Positions 21,079-35,500 of a DNA stretch of 64,000 bases are shown here, in pieces (positions within the stretch are counted from its first letter, which is position 1; each line of letters opens with the position of its first letter). Origin of the DNA: Tubiluchus corallicola (taxonomy: Eukaryota; Animalia; Priapulida); the NCBI GenBank assembly GCA_030141605.1, contig JAQGDQ010002367.1:620001-684000 (forward strand), in the 5' to 3' direction. The translations under genes were made by a program, and so were the position numbers. Below the pieces are notes generated by a model. It was not told where the DNA came from and ran no database searches. It saw only the letters and a list, made by a program, of their open reading frames with translations.

Positions 21079-24000
21079 ATGGAACTTGAACGGCATTGCC
21101 TGCTGCTTGTTGTGGGTAAGTGGTATTTATCGATCAAATTTTATTCAAAATATTTTTTGCAGAGTTCTAGATGTATGTTGTTTGTTTAATCTTAATGTTT
21201 AAGATAATAAACTAAAAATGAGGGCTATTATGCGCTTTAAAGGTCACAGGCTTATAGACCACTAATGCATTGGCAAATGTAGAATAGTCGCCGTTATAAA
21301 CAAGCTTAGATCTTCTATTACCCAGTAATTTATTAGTTTGGCTAGGCGTCTGCTATGCTCACAAACCCTGACAACTTAACTTATTGGACTTATATCTCAA
21401 AGGTCCCTAACACAAATCTAGACTGCGTCATAACCCGTTATGTATTTCAGAATTATTTACAACTAGCAAAATTTACAAATTAATTTTCAATTCTAACTGT
21501 GCCTTACGAATAGTTGAACGTTGTTGTACTATGCACTATGCAATAGACGTCAAAGGGTTCACTAAATGAAAGGATAACCTCAGTGAAAACTGCTTGGAAC
21601 AACTTTATCAGCAATTCTGCCCCTGGTTATTCAATACATTAAACAAAGATGCAAAGAAAATCGCAGCCTGAAAATATTTACTCTCGTTTCCAAAACTGAG
21701 CACATTAGTTTAAAGACAGTTAATTTGGTTCAGATTAGAAAGTTTTTAAAACTGATACATGAATCCTCACCATGCAATTGTATGTGCAAGCATAAGTACA
21801 GAAAAAATAAAGTAATATAAATAGAAATAAACTCAGATAGACATACATAAATACAAATACTTTGAAACAATGAAATAATGACAACAACTGTCTTAAAATT
21901 CACTATAAATACGTAAAAGGGAACCCAAAGTCTGATCACATTAAAACGTTTAGTACTTCTAATGTAATTTTGGACGCAATCAAAAATTCTACAGTTAATA
22001 GCAATCTAAAAATAATTTCTTCTAGAAAGATACAATGACAACAATTCACTTTTACTATATTGTAAAATATTGATATTTTAAAGACAATAATGTGTTATTT
22101 CACTGACTGAACATAGCATCTCTGGCTTGATAATAATGAGGGCATTTAGGAAGATATGTTCTGTGGTTTCAAAACAATAATCACAACCACAATTTGGAAG
22201 GGAGGGGAAACCATCCGAAACTATGCAGCCTTTCAAAAATAAATCACGATTTAACTGACTAAAGCGGCTACACATGCGTGATGGACATTATTGTTGTAAC
22301 AACTGGCGTTGTCGGAAACTGCAGATATAGTAACTGTTACTTATCTTTGGTACTTCTTGTGATAATCGTCTGTTAATGAATCGTTTTTTTACAATTAGCA
22401 ATTATCTTAGCTGTTGAAAGCGAATTGTTGGAGCTAAACGATGATGTCAAAGTTGGAATCCTGAATCTGCACAATGATATTCGAGCTGGATATCAAGAGA
22501 TTCAATACCTGGAGAAGGAGAATGTTCAGCGTCTTTATCCTACTGATATGAAACGTCTGGTGAGACGTATGATGTGCTTTTTTATGCCCAGCATTTTTAT
22601 AAAAATATTAAACTTTTAGAATATTAAACATTGCTCAATGTTATTTAAATTGCTGTCTTTTAAAGCATATAAGAACTTAATGGGAAATACACATTTTCGA
22701 CCATATGTCAAAATGATCTAAAGTTTAACATATTGCAACGCATAATTGTTAATACGCGAATAAAAGCTGGCATATCTTTCATTACAATATTTATTAAAAC
22801 TGATTCAATAATAACGTTTCGCTAATAGTCATTAACGTCTTTAGTTCTGTTGATGGAACAGAGTAGTTGTCAATTAGTTTGAAATGCATATTATTGGAAG
22901 GACATTTCTGATTTGGAATAATGATAATTTCGTAATGTCCATTATAATATATTATATCATTCATTCACTTATATTATACTGGTTTTACGACATTATCAAC
23001 ATTCCCAATCAGAAATGCGCTTGCAATAATATGCACTTCAAAACAATTGCATTTTCTCTGTTCCATCAACGCAGTCGAACACAAATCAGTTTTAATAAAT
23101 ATTATAATGAAAAACATGCCAGATTTTATTCGCGTTTTAAGATTTTAAACTTTTCACTTGACTGTTCGCATAAAGTTTGAACCCAATATGGAAAGCCTCT
23201 TATTAATAAATCCCATTTCGACTTTGATTTATCAATAACGTGAACAAGTTCTCAATTATTCCCACTTTACAAAGTTACAATAGGGGAATGCGGAGATAAC
23301 TTTCAGACAATTAGAACACGAAAATCTGACTGCCTTGTTGTCTGCCCACCAAACATCCTAATGCACTGATGAAATTATGACAAACTATGGCAAACTGATG
23401 ACGCCTGCGTGACGATTATTACTTGAACACTGTTATCACACTAATATTTAAGAATACAAAAATTATTAATGAATAAAGTTACTGTTTTTTATTCATAATT
23501 TCAGGTGTGGAATGCAGAAGCTGAAAGACAAGCTGAGAAACACATTGAAACCTGCATTTTCGCACATGAGGGAGATGGAATTATTTCTCGTGAATTAAAA
23601 GGTTAAAACTTAATACTTAAATCTGGGCAAGTGTGCCTGAATCTGGTGCACATCTTATTCCGTGTTTAAACGGAAGTATGCCTAACAAACTGATCTACGT
23701 TCTGTACAGAAAGTCGGATACACTCTCTTGTGCATCATTCAGATTAAAAGGTGACGAATTGGTTAATACTACCGTTAATGAAAAACTGGAAAGATAAATA
23801 CTTGACCGTAAGGAAATCAACATTGGAAACTCGGACAAGCTATCTAAAGGCGCTGTAAACAAAACAATAGAAAACCATATTTCGTTTTAATGAGAATAAT
23901 CTCAAAAATGCTATTAAAAGTCAACCCGTAAGGAAATGTCTGAAAATTGGCATGACCTTATTAAGTCTCTCGTTGGTACAGGGCTAATTCTTGGAATTGG

Positions 24001-27000
24001 TTTGATTGGAAAACTCATGTTTAACGTGGAAGAGTTTTGCATACTGTTGTAAATGTTCAGAAATTTCTGTTAAATACCAGTATTGATACTCTGCAAACTC
24101 GAGCAAGTCTAGTGACATGGAACAAACAAATGCCCTTATTGTGATAATTACGAAACCCTGCATCATGTATTTAATCATTGCCATGTATCATTTGAGCAAG
24201 GAAGGCCCACATAGAGACAAAATGTGTTTTGAGTCACCTATATGAATTGATTAGAACTTAATAATTCTAATTTAAACCTAACTCTAAAATTCGTTCTGAT
24301 ATGACTGACCGGCACACTGAAATTAGTGGAACAGTACGTGCAGAAATAGCAGTAACTAGTGGGAACAGTGCGTGTAGAAATAGCAGTAACTAGTGGGAAC
24401 AGTGCATGTAGAAATAGCAGTAACTAATGGGAACAGTGCGTGTAGAAGTAGCAGTGACTAGTAGGAACAGTGCATGTAGAAACAGCAATATTAGCAGAGG
24501 CGATACCTGCAGAAATAGTAGTAACTAGTAGGAACAGTACGTGTAGAAACAGTAGTAACTCGTGGAGACGGTACCTGCTGAAATAGTAGGAACAGTGCGT
24601 GTAATAATAGCAGTAAGTTGCAGGAACAATGCGTGTAAAATAACAGTAATTAGCACGAACAGTGCGTGTAGAAATAGTTGTAACTAGCGCGAACAGTATC
24701 TGTGGAAACAGCATAGGAAGAGGTCTGGTGGAAATAGTAGTAACTAATGGGGACAGTAATAGGGATCTGTCATAATTTTATCGTCATTTGTCTTTGTATC
24801 TTAATGTGTCTGTCCATTTTTATTCCATATAAGACATATAGGACTGTATGTGACCGAAGTCGCCGGAATCCGGACCCACGAACCTCGATCCCGATTTTTT
24901 CTCAAATCCCGAAACCCGTTCTCGAATATTCAGTCCCGTTTATTGCAGGTTTTTGAAGTTTGTCAAGAAAAATAATTTGCCAAGCTACTAATAGTTTAAG
25001 ATTTGTGATAAAATGTTTTTTGCTATTTTATGAACTATGACTGCGTTGCGTGATTGCCAAGGTTCAGTTATGTTTCAAAGCGTTTTGTAGATTTAATGTA
25101 AACGCGCGATATACTATTGCAGTAAATTATAAAGATAAAATGCCAGAAACGTTCTAAGACCCTGTCCGATGCTGTAATATGCTTTCGCCAAATTATGTGA
25201 CTAATTTATTCCCGTAGTCGTTAATTTGCCAGTAATGTTGGAATAATAATGGAGGAGGTTAGATTAGAGAAGGTTAATTAGACTAGACAAGGCTAGGTTA
25301 GGTTAGCTTGGGTTGGATTTGAATTACGTTGAATTTGGCTAAATTGAGTGGGATTGGATTGGGTCAGGCTAAACTAGACTAGATTAGATTGGATTAGATT
25401 AACATTTCTTAACCTAGACCTTACTTTAACAAGAAAAAGTCAAATCTTCACACTTTCTGTATAGTATATGTTTCGCATATATCTTCTAACAGAATGAGTG
25501 TCATTAATAACGCATGACTACGACTGGCCTGGGAAATGTGCCCAATTTTGATATGTTCACCCATAAAATTATTAAAATCACAGACAGTAACATTATCAGT
25601 GATTAAGTGTGCCTTTATTCAACAGATGGTACAATCTGTGGTCAAAATTTAGCAATAAGATTTACCGGTAATGACTGGACAAGAGTCATAGAAGCCTGGA
25701 TGAAAGAACAACTGAAATTTATATATGGTCTCCCAGGGCATTTTGAACTTTTTGCGCATGGACATTACACACAGGTATGCAAGAATAGGATTACATTCTT
25801 ACTAGGTCAATATGTAACGTATGTAACTAGGTCAATAGAAAATTGACACAAATGTCAATGCTAATCACACAAAAAGTTTAACCGTCGTCCATTTTTATAT
25901 ATTTCAACATTCTGCCACCGGAATCCACCATTCAACAGTAGGGCCTACTTAACCTTGATATTTGTGCTAAAACTGACCTTAGTCATTATCAAATCCAATT
26001 ACCCAGAGTGGGACTCTGCAGACATCTCCAATAAACGCACAAAATTAACTGTAAATTATCAGATCTGAAAAATGTTTTGCACTTCAATTGGGACACGAAC
26101 CCAGACCTTCTGGTACTATGCTAATGTTAACCACGTTCGGGTATGCTTTCTCAATGAGGTAAACAGTCAGAATCAGTATGACAAATTAAACACACGGGAG
26201 CGAGAATTGAACCCTGGTAGTCGCTATTAAATGTTAAATGCCCCCACTAGAAATTGCAAGAAGATGAAATTTTTCGAAACGCTGTGGAAGTGGGTAACAC
26301 AGTGGTAGCCCAAGGCTCCACGATGGAATTGTATAAAAACTAATCCGGAATGTGAAGTATTGGATTATTCTCTTATTGAGTTACTGCAATGACGTCATAA
26401 TATAAAAACTGGCTAGAACTTATTACATGAATGAGAATGAGACCAGCTTCACGGCGAAAGCAATCTGTTTATAAGGTTACATTTCAAGCAAGTAACCCAA
26501 AAACTGTAACTATAGGTGCCATTATAACTGACACGCTTTCCACATCTATTTATTGTTTATTTAGGTAGTGTGGGCAAAGACGTGTAGTATTGGATGTGCT
26601 GTTGCTAGTTGCGACGGCAATTTTCTTTATGCATGCAACTACTGTCAGATGTAAGTGAGCTGCTAAGCTTGTTTTTTAGATCCACTTCTATAGTTCATGT
26701 TGTTGTTGGTGTTGCTGCTCTTTCTGTTTGTGTTGTTGCTGTTACTGTCACTGTTGTTATTGTTGTTGCTATTGTTGCAGATGCTGTTGTTGTTACATTT
26801 ATTTTTGAAAGCTATCACAGTTTCTGTCATAAGCGATGGAAGTTTTGCACGAAGACACTACGGACCATTGCACAGACTACAGTGGGGACAGAGTTTTCAC
26901 TTTCCCAATACTGCCTTCACACATGCCCGTTGACTTAATTTGCCACATTGTTGTGGTTTCTTTCAATCTAGTGCAGGCTTATGCTAAATTATGAATCTGC

Positions 27001-29045
27001 ATAATTAATCTGTTTTTTCGTAAAAACTTAGAATATTTCTTGCCCCATAGTTTATAAATGATAGACTTTCGGTGAGAATTTCATCTATAAAGCGGAAGTC
27101 AAGCCGGAAGAACCGATACATACAACATTTATATGCCGGGGATGTATAAGATTTTTACGTGCAGATCGAAACACATTTGTGCTTCCATTCTAGTTGAATA
27201 AAATTAATGACGCAACTGGCAATGTCTAACAGTTAACTTGATGCATTAGTTTTTTAGCTTGTTCTTTTGTCTGACTGACCGGCTGGCTGGCTGACTGACT
27301 TGTTATCTCTTTTCTTTAGCTAGTCGATCGACATGTTCGTTCGTAAGTTTGTTTATATGTTTACTTGTTTGTATGCGTGTATCTTTTATAAGTACACTTA
27401 GAGCATTCTGAAGCAGAAATCCGAAGTGCGCTTCGAAATATTTGTTTTTCCTTATTAAAATTATTTTAATAAAGAAAGAATCGGTCAATTATATTTACAT
27501 TTATGGGCGTAGTTATGGATGCCAAATCTATTAAATAAATTCTTCCTTGTTTTTCTTTCAATTATTTCAATCACTCGCGTACTGCCATTTCCCTTCATTA
27601 TCCCAAACGAAACCGAAGAAAGGAATCATTCGTTTATTCAATCATTTAATTCTTGGTTCATCAGTTCACTCGTTTATTCATTCGGTTATCCGATCACTTT
27701 CTCCAGTTCTTTTTCATTCAATTTTTATTTTTGTTGTTTTGACACTTTGTATTGCAATTTACTCTGATTAAAATTTGAATTTCATAGGGGTAATCTGATG
27801 GGGTCGGAACATTTTCCATTCGAAATGTCACTGATACCGGAAGAACACTGCTCTCAGTGTAGTAGCACCTGTCCCTGTGAGGAAGGACTGTGCACATGTA
27901 GCGAGGGAGAGTGTGTCATCAAAGGACAACCAGTCGCAAAACGTGAGCACTTCATTTTAGATTTAAAGGAAAGCCGGTCCCAGTGTGAAACTATAGCTCA
28001 AAACAATCTAATCTAAAAAATATTGAAAGGGAATTTTTTCAAGAACGACTTGCGCAAAAGAATTATTACTACTGAAACGTAATTTCGCGTTCGCGCGGCT
28101 AGTTTTTCACTGCAACATACATTTCGCTATTCCCTAGCCAGATGGGCATTAGTGCCTGCTTCTCGGAAACGTGTTGCACAAAACCGAGTGCTGTACCTAT
28201 CATTTCAGAGTTGTTCTGCCGTGATACTTCAATTTTTGTTTTTGCAAACACGTGCAACACGCTCGAGAAATATGCTGTTATGGTGTCATCAGTAGTTGGA
28301 ATCGCCTGCCATTAATTAAGTTTTCAACCTATTATTTAATTATCAGAAACGCTTTGGCATTATTATAGGTGTTAAAGATATACTTTTTACTGTACTTGTG
28401 AAAAGTGTGAAAAATCATCCTGTTTTCTTTTAAAGTAAAATAAACAAAGTATTTATTATTACAACCACGGGATAGTTATACAGCTCATTTTCTGGCATTG
28501 TAAAACCATTGTTGAGTTTTCAAAAATAAATCGGCTATCGTTACTGCCTACTACTTATATTACAGGGTATTGTATCAACGTACTTATAGCTATTCCTACA
28601 CTGTGTTTTCGCCAGGACAATGTTGTTATTTTCAGTGACAGACGGCCTATAGATGTGAACAATACTGATCTATTCATTGGCGGTTTTTTTGACAGCTGAA
28701 AAGTTGAAAATTGCCAATGATCTAGAAGAACTTGCGGAACAAAACAACGCGGATGAGATAGGGAAAACTAATGTGAAACCAGACCAAATATCCGGCTCAG
28801 CAAGCTCGGACACATCTTCCTCCGGATTGGACGGAAGTGACGAAGCTGGTGGTGAGGAACTAGAAGGAACTGAGATCGATTTTTCCGGAAAGGATCCAAA
28901 TAAGACGCCAAGAGAAGAATCTAGATTTTCTTATGCGAATCTTCTAAAAAGATTAGGAGCAAACGATGATGGAAATACGTTCGTTATAGATAATAGGGAA
29001 GGTGCCGAAGGTGTAGATGTAATAGGAAAGTGCAAAGACGATTAA
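21079..29045 (+). CDS. CAP/SCP superfamily secreted protein (CRISP/PI16/venom-allergen-like) with Cys-rich hinge and acidic C-terminal extension; 7 exons, 344 aa
   Basis: Exons 21079-21115, 22399-22559, 23505-23601, 25626-25774, 26565-26650, 27788-27942, 28696-29045 (1035 nt, phases consistent). Signal peptide MELERHCLLLVVAIILAVES; LHNDIRA, MKRLVWN, CIFAH, CGQNLA, AWMKE, GHYTQVVWAKTCSIGCA, YACNYCQMGN, CSQCSSTCPCEEGLCTC. Confidence 0.88.
24323..24750. repeat. 34-bp minisatellite, about 12 degenerate copies
   Basis: Unit aactagtgggaacagtgcgtgtagaaatagcagt in CAP gene intron 3. Confidence 0.9.
28023..28433 (+). mobile_element. copy of the Kolobok-like MITE seen at 4915-5454
   Basis: Shares gtgttgcacaaaa...tgctgtacct, gtcatca.tagttgga, ttaattaagtttt, attatttaattatcagaaa.gcttt and the aaaaatcatcctgttttc.tttaa end. 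Confidence 0.6.
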
Positions 29046-31107
29046 ATGACTTTTGCACTGCATTAAATACGAAATTATGCCCAGTATTTAAAACTCTAGA
29101 GAGTTTAGGGCATTGGCAATTTTTAATCAATGAAATTATGTCCACAGAATTAAAGCGTCGCTCATCATTAATTAATAAAATAAGCTAATTCAACTCCGCC
29201 ATTTATTCAGTAATATAAGGGCCTGGTAAATGTATATTCATATTACAATGCACGTTGGTGGTATATGGTACAACTTTTTTTCTGTCAGACAGACGTATCA
29301 GTCTTATCGATTTTAGACAAGGGTTTTTGAAAAAAACGCATTCTTTAATGAAGGAAACGGCGGTGTGGTTATACTGGAATTGGGAAAGGGAGCGGAAACA
29401 ACTCATTGAATATAAGATGTAATGTAAATGTAGTGTATTTAGACTTTCCGTTAAATATGTACACTGCCTTCCATGTGGTGTCATATTCACGTTACGTTTA
29501 CATTAATTTGCACCAACAGAATCTGTAAAAAAATCTTATTAGTGCAGGTGAAAATCTTGACAGCATCTCAATTATTTAGAGAGAACTACCCTCCAAGCTG
29601 AAAAGTGACGTTCATCAGATCGAATGCGGATGGGATAATTTAGTGTTTCATTTTATCATTTTCCCTTTGCGCGCCTGCGATTCGGAACATGGCATTATTC
29701 GGTTGGTCTGGTATCTTAGCTGAATAGTCGGCCGCTAATGAAACCAGTAGGTAAACTTATTATGATATCTGGCTACTTATTGTTTTCCTTTGGTATTACA
29801 AATACAAATATCACAATATAAAAACTCATTTTTTTGTATTTTACTTTTAACTTAATATTATAATATTTCGTTGTAATCAATTATTAGTTAATACAGAATA
29901 AGCAATCAACTTACATAGATTGTTACGTAGATATATGGCATTAATAATATGTCAACTACATCAATATGTGGAAAATGCTGATCATCTGGTAGTAATGTAC
30001 ACGATTCATAATTAGCACTAGTTAAATATTCTTACAATAATTATACACTTTTTGTAATAATTTCTAGAACAACAACACAGAACTATAGCCCTCTTGTTCA
30101 ACGTACAGTAATAATAAGCAGAAGCGTTAAGAACATTGCAAACATAATAAACTGTTACTAGAGAGACCGATTTATATTGAGGCAATATTAAACGTTGTAT
30201 CAGTTTTTTTTAATTGTTAATTACAGTAATTAATATCTAACATCTTAAAAAGTATAATCACTCATATTTATCTGCTAAAAATTTAAACTGCAAAAATTTC
30301 ACTACTTTCATATTGATTAGGTACTTAAGAATAAGTGAAATAAATTGCTACATGTGTACATAATACAGACAAAAGCTCAGATAAAAACGTATGCTAAAAG
30401 TTATTGTAAAAAATCGGAAGATAAGTACTTAAAGCTTTTATAAGTTAAACAGCGCCATCGTATAGTGACTTTTCCGAATATTTCAATTGACGATAATATT
30501 TTGGCTGTTTTACTAATTGAACTCTTTACTAATGGAACTCTTAACAGGAGACACAAGTCATCTCTATTGTGTTGAAGCCTTTATATCTTGGTTCACTAAT
30601 ACATTACTGTTATAGTAATACTATCCAGTTTTTGACTTGCAGCAGCTATTTTGTACCAAAATTTTAATAATGATATTTTGTGGTAGAACCGATGTAATAG
30701 TAATCCTGAAACAGAGATATCTAATAAAAATAATCAGACAATTTGAAACATCAATTTTGCACTCTTACAGCAGCCTCGTGTCACCAATTTTAGAAATTTT
30801 CAGAATAAAAAATTATTCAGAGGTTGTGTATCTTATTTTGCAATATCACGAAAATATCGCCAAATTCGGGGCAGCACAAAGAATGATATCAAATGTAAAA
30901 TTTTGTTTCTTTGTTTGCATGAAAACGATCCATTATATTTTGTTACGCTGCTACTTTGGATATTTTAATCATAAAGATGTGACAAACCTACTGTAAAGTT
31001 TAAAAACGGCTGCCAAAACTAACTGATAGAAAACAGTTTTTTACTCAGTTTTGTAACACTCAACAGATAGCGGGTAAAACGCTTACCTAGCTGCCGGTGA
31101 TGAAATG

Positions 31108-32357
31108 CTAGTAAGCCTTTTCATCTTTTTCGATACTCTTCCATAAGCAACCAGTACACATCAGTCCCGTAGACTGGAAAGAAAAATTACGAACGCTCAG
31201 AAAAATACACGTACAAATAACCAATTTGTCATTGAATGGGGTACTTGATGACTTTCTTTTTGCCCTACGTGATGCTGTACTTTCCAAAGAAACAACTTTC
31301 TTCTAGCACAGATAAGAAGCCAGAAGGAAAAATGATTTTTATTTATCAGCAGCTGTTGAGCATCTAGGGTAAATATACCAGAGCAGCAGGAAAACGCGAA
31401 TTATGAGTTTTGTGAAAATTATTAATTAAGAAGTACAAAAAATATCAACCACGAGCGGTACAGAGAGCACCTATAAGGTAGCAGTGAAAGAGTCTTAAGG
31501 TAAACATATTGTTGATGCTGCTGCTGTTAGTGGTGGTGGTATTGCTGTATTGTTGCTGTTACTGCTGCTGTCACTGTTGGCGTTACTGCAGCTGCTGCTA
31601 CTGTTATTGCTACTACTGTTCCTAGTTGTTACTGTTGCTGCTATTGCTGTCATTCTTGCTGTCGTTGTCGGTGTTGTAATAATTTTAGCTGACTTCATAA
31701 CTGAATTTCCTCATGAGTTTTTTTAATATGGTAGGAACTAACGTAACGCATGGCAGGTACTACACTGACTAATCGCGCATTACTAATTACATTAATGACT
31801 CACTTGAATATTCATTAACTGCGGAGTCTTTACTGATAGATAAATAAAATGGCAGAATTACGTATAATTGCATTTTGCTAAACTTACCAACGCGAATAAA
31901 ACTCCAACGCTGAGGGAGATCAGCATTCCATAGTTTGTCCTGTAATAGAACATGATCTGTTCCGAACAACCCTAGAAAACGTAAAGAACCGTTTTAGCAT
32001 TGCTATGACTGTGCGATGTGTAGCAAAATGCAGCCCCCTTTAGCATTGCTCTGAATGTGCGTTGTGTAGCGAAATGCAGCCCATTTTAGCATTGCTCTGA
32101 ATGTGCGTTGTGTAGCGAAATTCAGCCCATTTTAGCATTGCTCTGAATGTGCGTTGTGTAGCAAAATGCAGCCCCTTTTAGCATTGCTCAGAATGTGCGT
32201 TGTGTAGCAAAATGCAGCACAGTAGATTATCATAATACCTATGCGAAACTGAGGGATGATGACACCATTGTGATCTGGTTGTAATGTACTATTTTCACAG
32301 TAACAAATAGATGACATTAACGACAATAAAGAAAACAACGAGTACCAGTATTATTGC

Positions 32358-32449
<92 letters not shown>

Positions 32450-32482
32450 TCATGATCATCATCATCATCATCATCGTCATCG

Positions 32483-32519
<37 letters not shown>

Positions 32520-35500
32520 TATTATTATTATTATTACTAAAGATAATAGTGGCAACAATAATAACAGTGCTGATGATGATAATAACTATGCGAAGGAGAC
32601 AGTCCTAAAACTAACAGCATTATTAAAACTTATAACTTACTCTAAGGTACCGTTCTCCAGTGAAACCATTTATGCAAGATCTGGGTATCTCTACATTCCG
32701 AATTGCCCAATCAACTGTACCGTTTGCTCCACAACAACGTCCCTTAAAATGAGAAGAAACACGTTAAGAATGAAAACTCAGTGGTGGATTAATTTATGCG
32801 AAATCGACAAGGCAAATCTTAGACATAAATTCTGGCATATTCAAGTTTCAACGCAGGTGTAACTTCCGCGAGTCTGTATAGTTTTTAAATTTCCAATAAG
32901 ATGTAATCAAATAATCACTCAGTGGTACTGTCATACGTACAAATTGCTGCATATGATCCATAGTGAACTTCAACTCATCATGACCGGGTACGTAATAGTA
33001 GTTCACAAATCTATCCATCTCTGTGTATATTGTATTCGACGCCTAAGAGTGAAGAAAACAGTTAACGTACCGCTTAAGTGAAAACGTAGAAAAAGACGTA
33101 TTGTATTATATTGTATTGTATTGTATTGTATTGTATTGTATTGTATTGTATTGTATTGTATTGTATTGTATTGTATTGTATTGTATTGTATTGTATTGTA
33201 TTGTATTGTATTGTATTGTATTGTATTGTATTGTATTGTATTGTATTGTATTGTATTGTATTGTATTGTATTGTATTGTATTGTATTGTATTGTATTGCA
33301 TTGCATTGCATTGCATTGTATTGCATTGCATTGCATTGCATTGCATTGCATTGCATTGCATTGCATTGCATTGCATTGCATTGCATTGCATTGCATTGTA
33401 CCTTGCCACGCCCGCCGTGGTGTGCGTTAGCGTGTCGTGTCATATTGCACTTTATTGTTGCATTGTATTGTATGTAATTTATGTTGTAAATCACTCTGTA
33501 AGTAATCGTGTATGTTACAATCGAAATCACACAAATATCATTAAAAAGCACCAAATTAACTTAAATCTTGTTTGGGTATGTGTGAAAAACGTAGAATACA
33601 TAAAAAGCTCTTGCATATAAAGGTAACTATATTTTTTTATAAAAGCTTAAACAATCGCTGGCAAGTCACAATGTAAAAAAATATTTAAAGAAGGCTTTTG
33701 TAACTTACATTATTTTTCGCAACTATGCACCAGACGATCTCAAACAGCATGCAAACCATCAAGAATATCAGACAAACCACGTACTAAAAACAAAAATCAT
33801 CTAAATCTTCTAGCTAATAATTGACTAATTCTTTAGGCAATCAAAATTATTATTGATGATTAAATAGTATGTCATCTGCGTTTGTTTGCAAATCTCTCTA
33901 TGCTTGTGGCCTATGCATATTTCAACAGTCTCAACTAGTGGCTGCATTACAGCATTACTTGGCTGCGATAATTTCACATTTGTAATAAAGGAACAAACAT
34001 TCGAATCTAATTGCGCCTTTATGTGTTAATAAACTTTAGCCAAGGCTGCATGCTAAACTTGGCCTATCATTTTAAGTTAAACATATAAAATAAATACTAT
34101 TATTAAGACTAATCAATAACCATCCAAAGTACGTAATTTTATTATTATTCAGTAAATGACCAACTTTTTGACTAGCAGTTTATGTAACCAGATGGGTTTA
34201 AAAGATACTGCAAATATCACAAGCAATCTTTTTCAATGGTTAATGATTCGGCGTTATTGATGGTAGGCAAAGAAAAACAAGCTAGAGAAAATAGCAAGTT
34301 AAAAAAATTTGCATCAAATTTTGGCTGATTACTCACAATTATATGTAAGCAACCACGAAATGGTACATAACCATATGTTGGGAGGGGTACAAAAAAGTGA
34401 ATATACTGTAATAGTACAAAACAGTATATTGCAACAAAAGATTACGGAAACAAAAGCATATTTCTCGTGACCCCAATGTTTACTGTGGAAACCTCCAGAA
34501 ACCGCGATCGAACTGACTAACCTAGAAAACGCTGGACTTCAATCCTGCAACAGACATTGGAGCTATTCTGAAACACAGAGCGGAGGGGAGGCTTAGATGA
34601 TCTAAGGAAGTTGCCATTGATCAACAGACAAAAGACAAACTTGTGCTAAAGCAAGTAAGCAAGTAAGTAAAGAAAGAAAGAAAGAAAGTGTTGAAGGATC
34701 TTTAGTTAAACTACTCGCTTGGAGTCAACCATACCCCGCAGGATTGCAGACCTTGCTTGACAGGGGGAGGCTTCCACACTAAAACTAATTGCGTCATAGA
34801 TTCTCTGTCGTTCAGCCTTTATTGCTACCACTAACTACTCGTTGTTTTGTGCCCCTCGGTAAAGATTATGTACCATCTGTCATATATGTTTGGGCAGGTC
34901 CAACCTTTTTAGTTCCGTAAAACGTTTTAGTTCTGTCTCTCAACTTAATTTTTATTATAGTATAATTGCAATAATTTAGGTAATATACAACTATTTATAA
35001 TATTGAAATGAACCTTTTACAATGTACTGAACTATTTTATCATGAAATTTGATTTTAATTCCGTACTTTTTAATCTATATTACACCAGCTTTTAAAGGAG
35101 AGAACAATACATTCACTATGTTGGGTTTATTTTACTGTTCTTACTTAAACTTAGAAAAATATAACAAAGAGATTTGCGAAGAACTGCCTATAAAGCATAT
35201 ATTTAAAATTAAATCTACTACCACTGAATAGGAAATTTCAGGCGAGCTGAATAGATTAGCTATCTATTTTTTTCGCAAAAGACTTATTATACTTTTGATG
35301 GTAATTAACAGTGCGCTACTTTTCTTCAAGGCGAATGACGTCATTGGAAGAAGAATGGGCATTGTAAATGGGAACGCCCAAGCATGAAGTGATCCCGACT
35401 TTAATTGATTTTACTAGTTACACGAGGCGCTTATTGCAGTTTTATTACTAAATCCTTCTAACATTTTTCGCGAACGTTGAAATAAGCCTAACCTCTTAGG

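Noticed and set aside
32295-33620. Poly-I/S/M/L, YNTIQ and YCIVL ORFs
   Set aside because: Microsatellite translations overlapping tetraspanin introns
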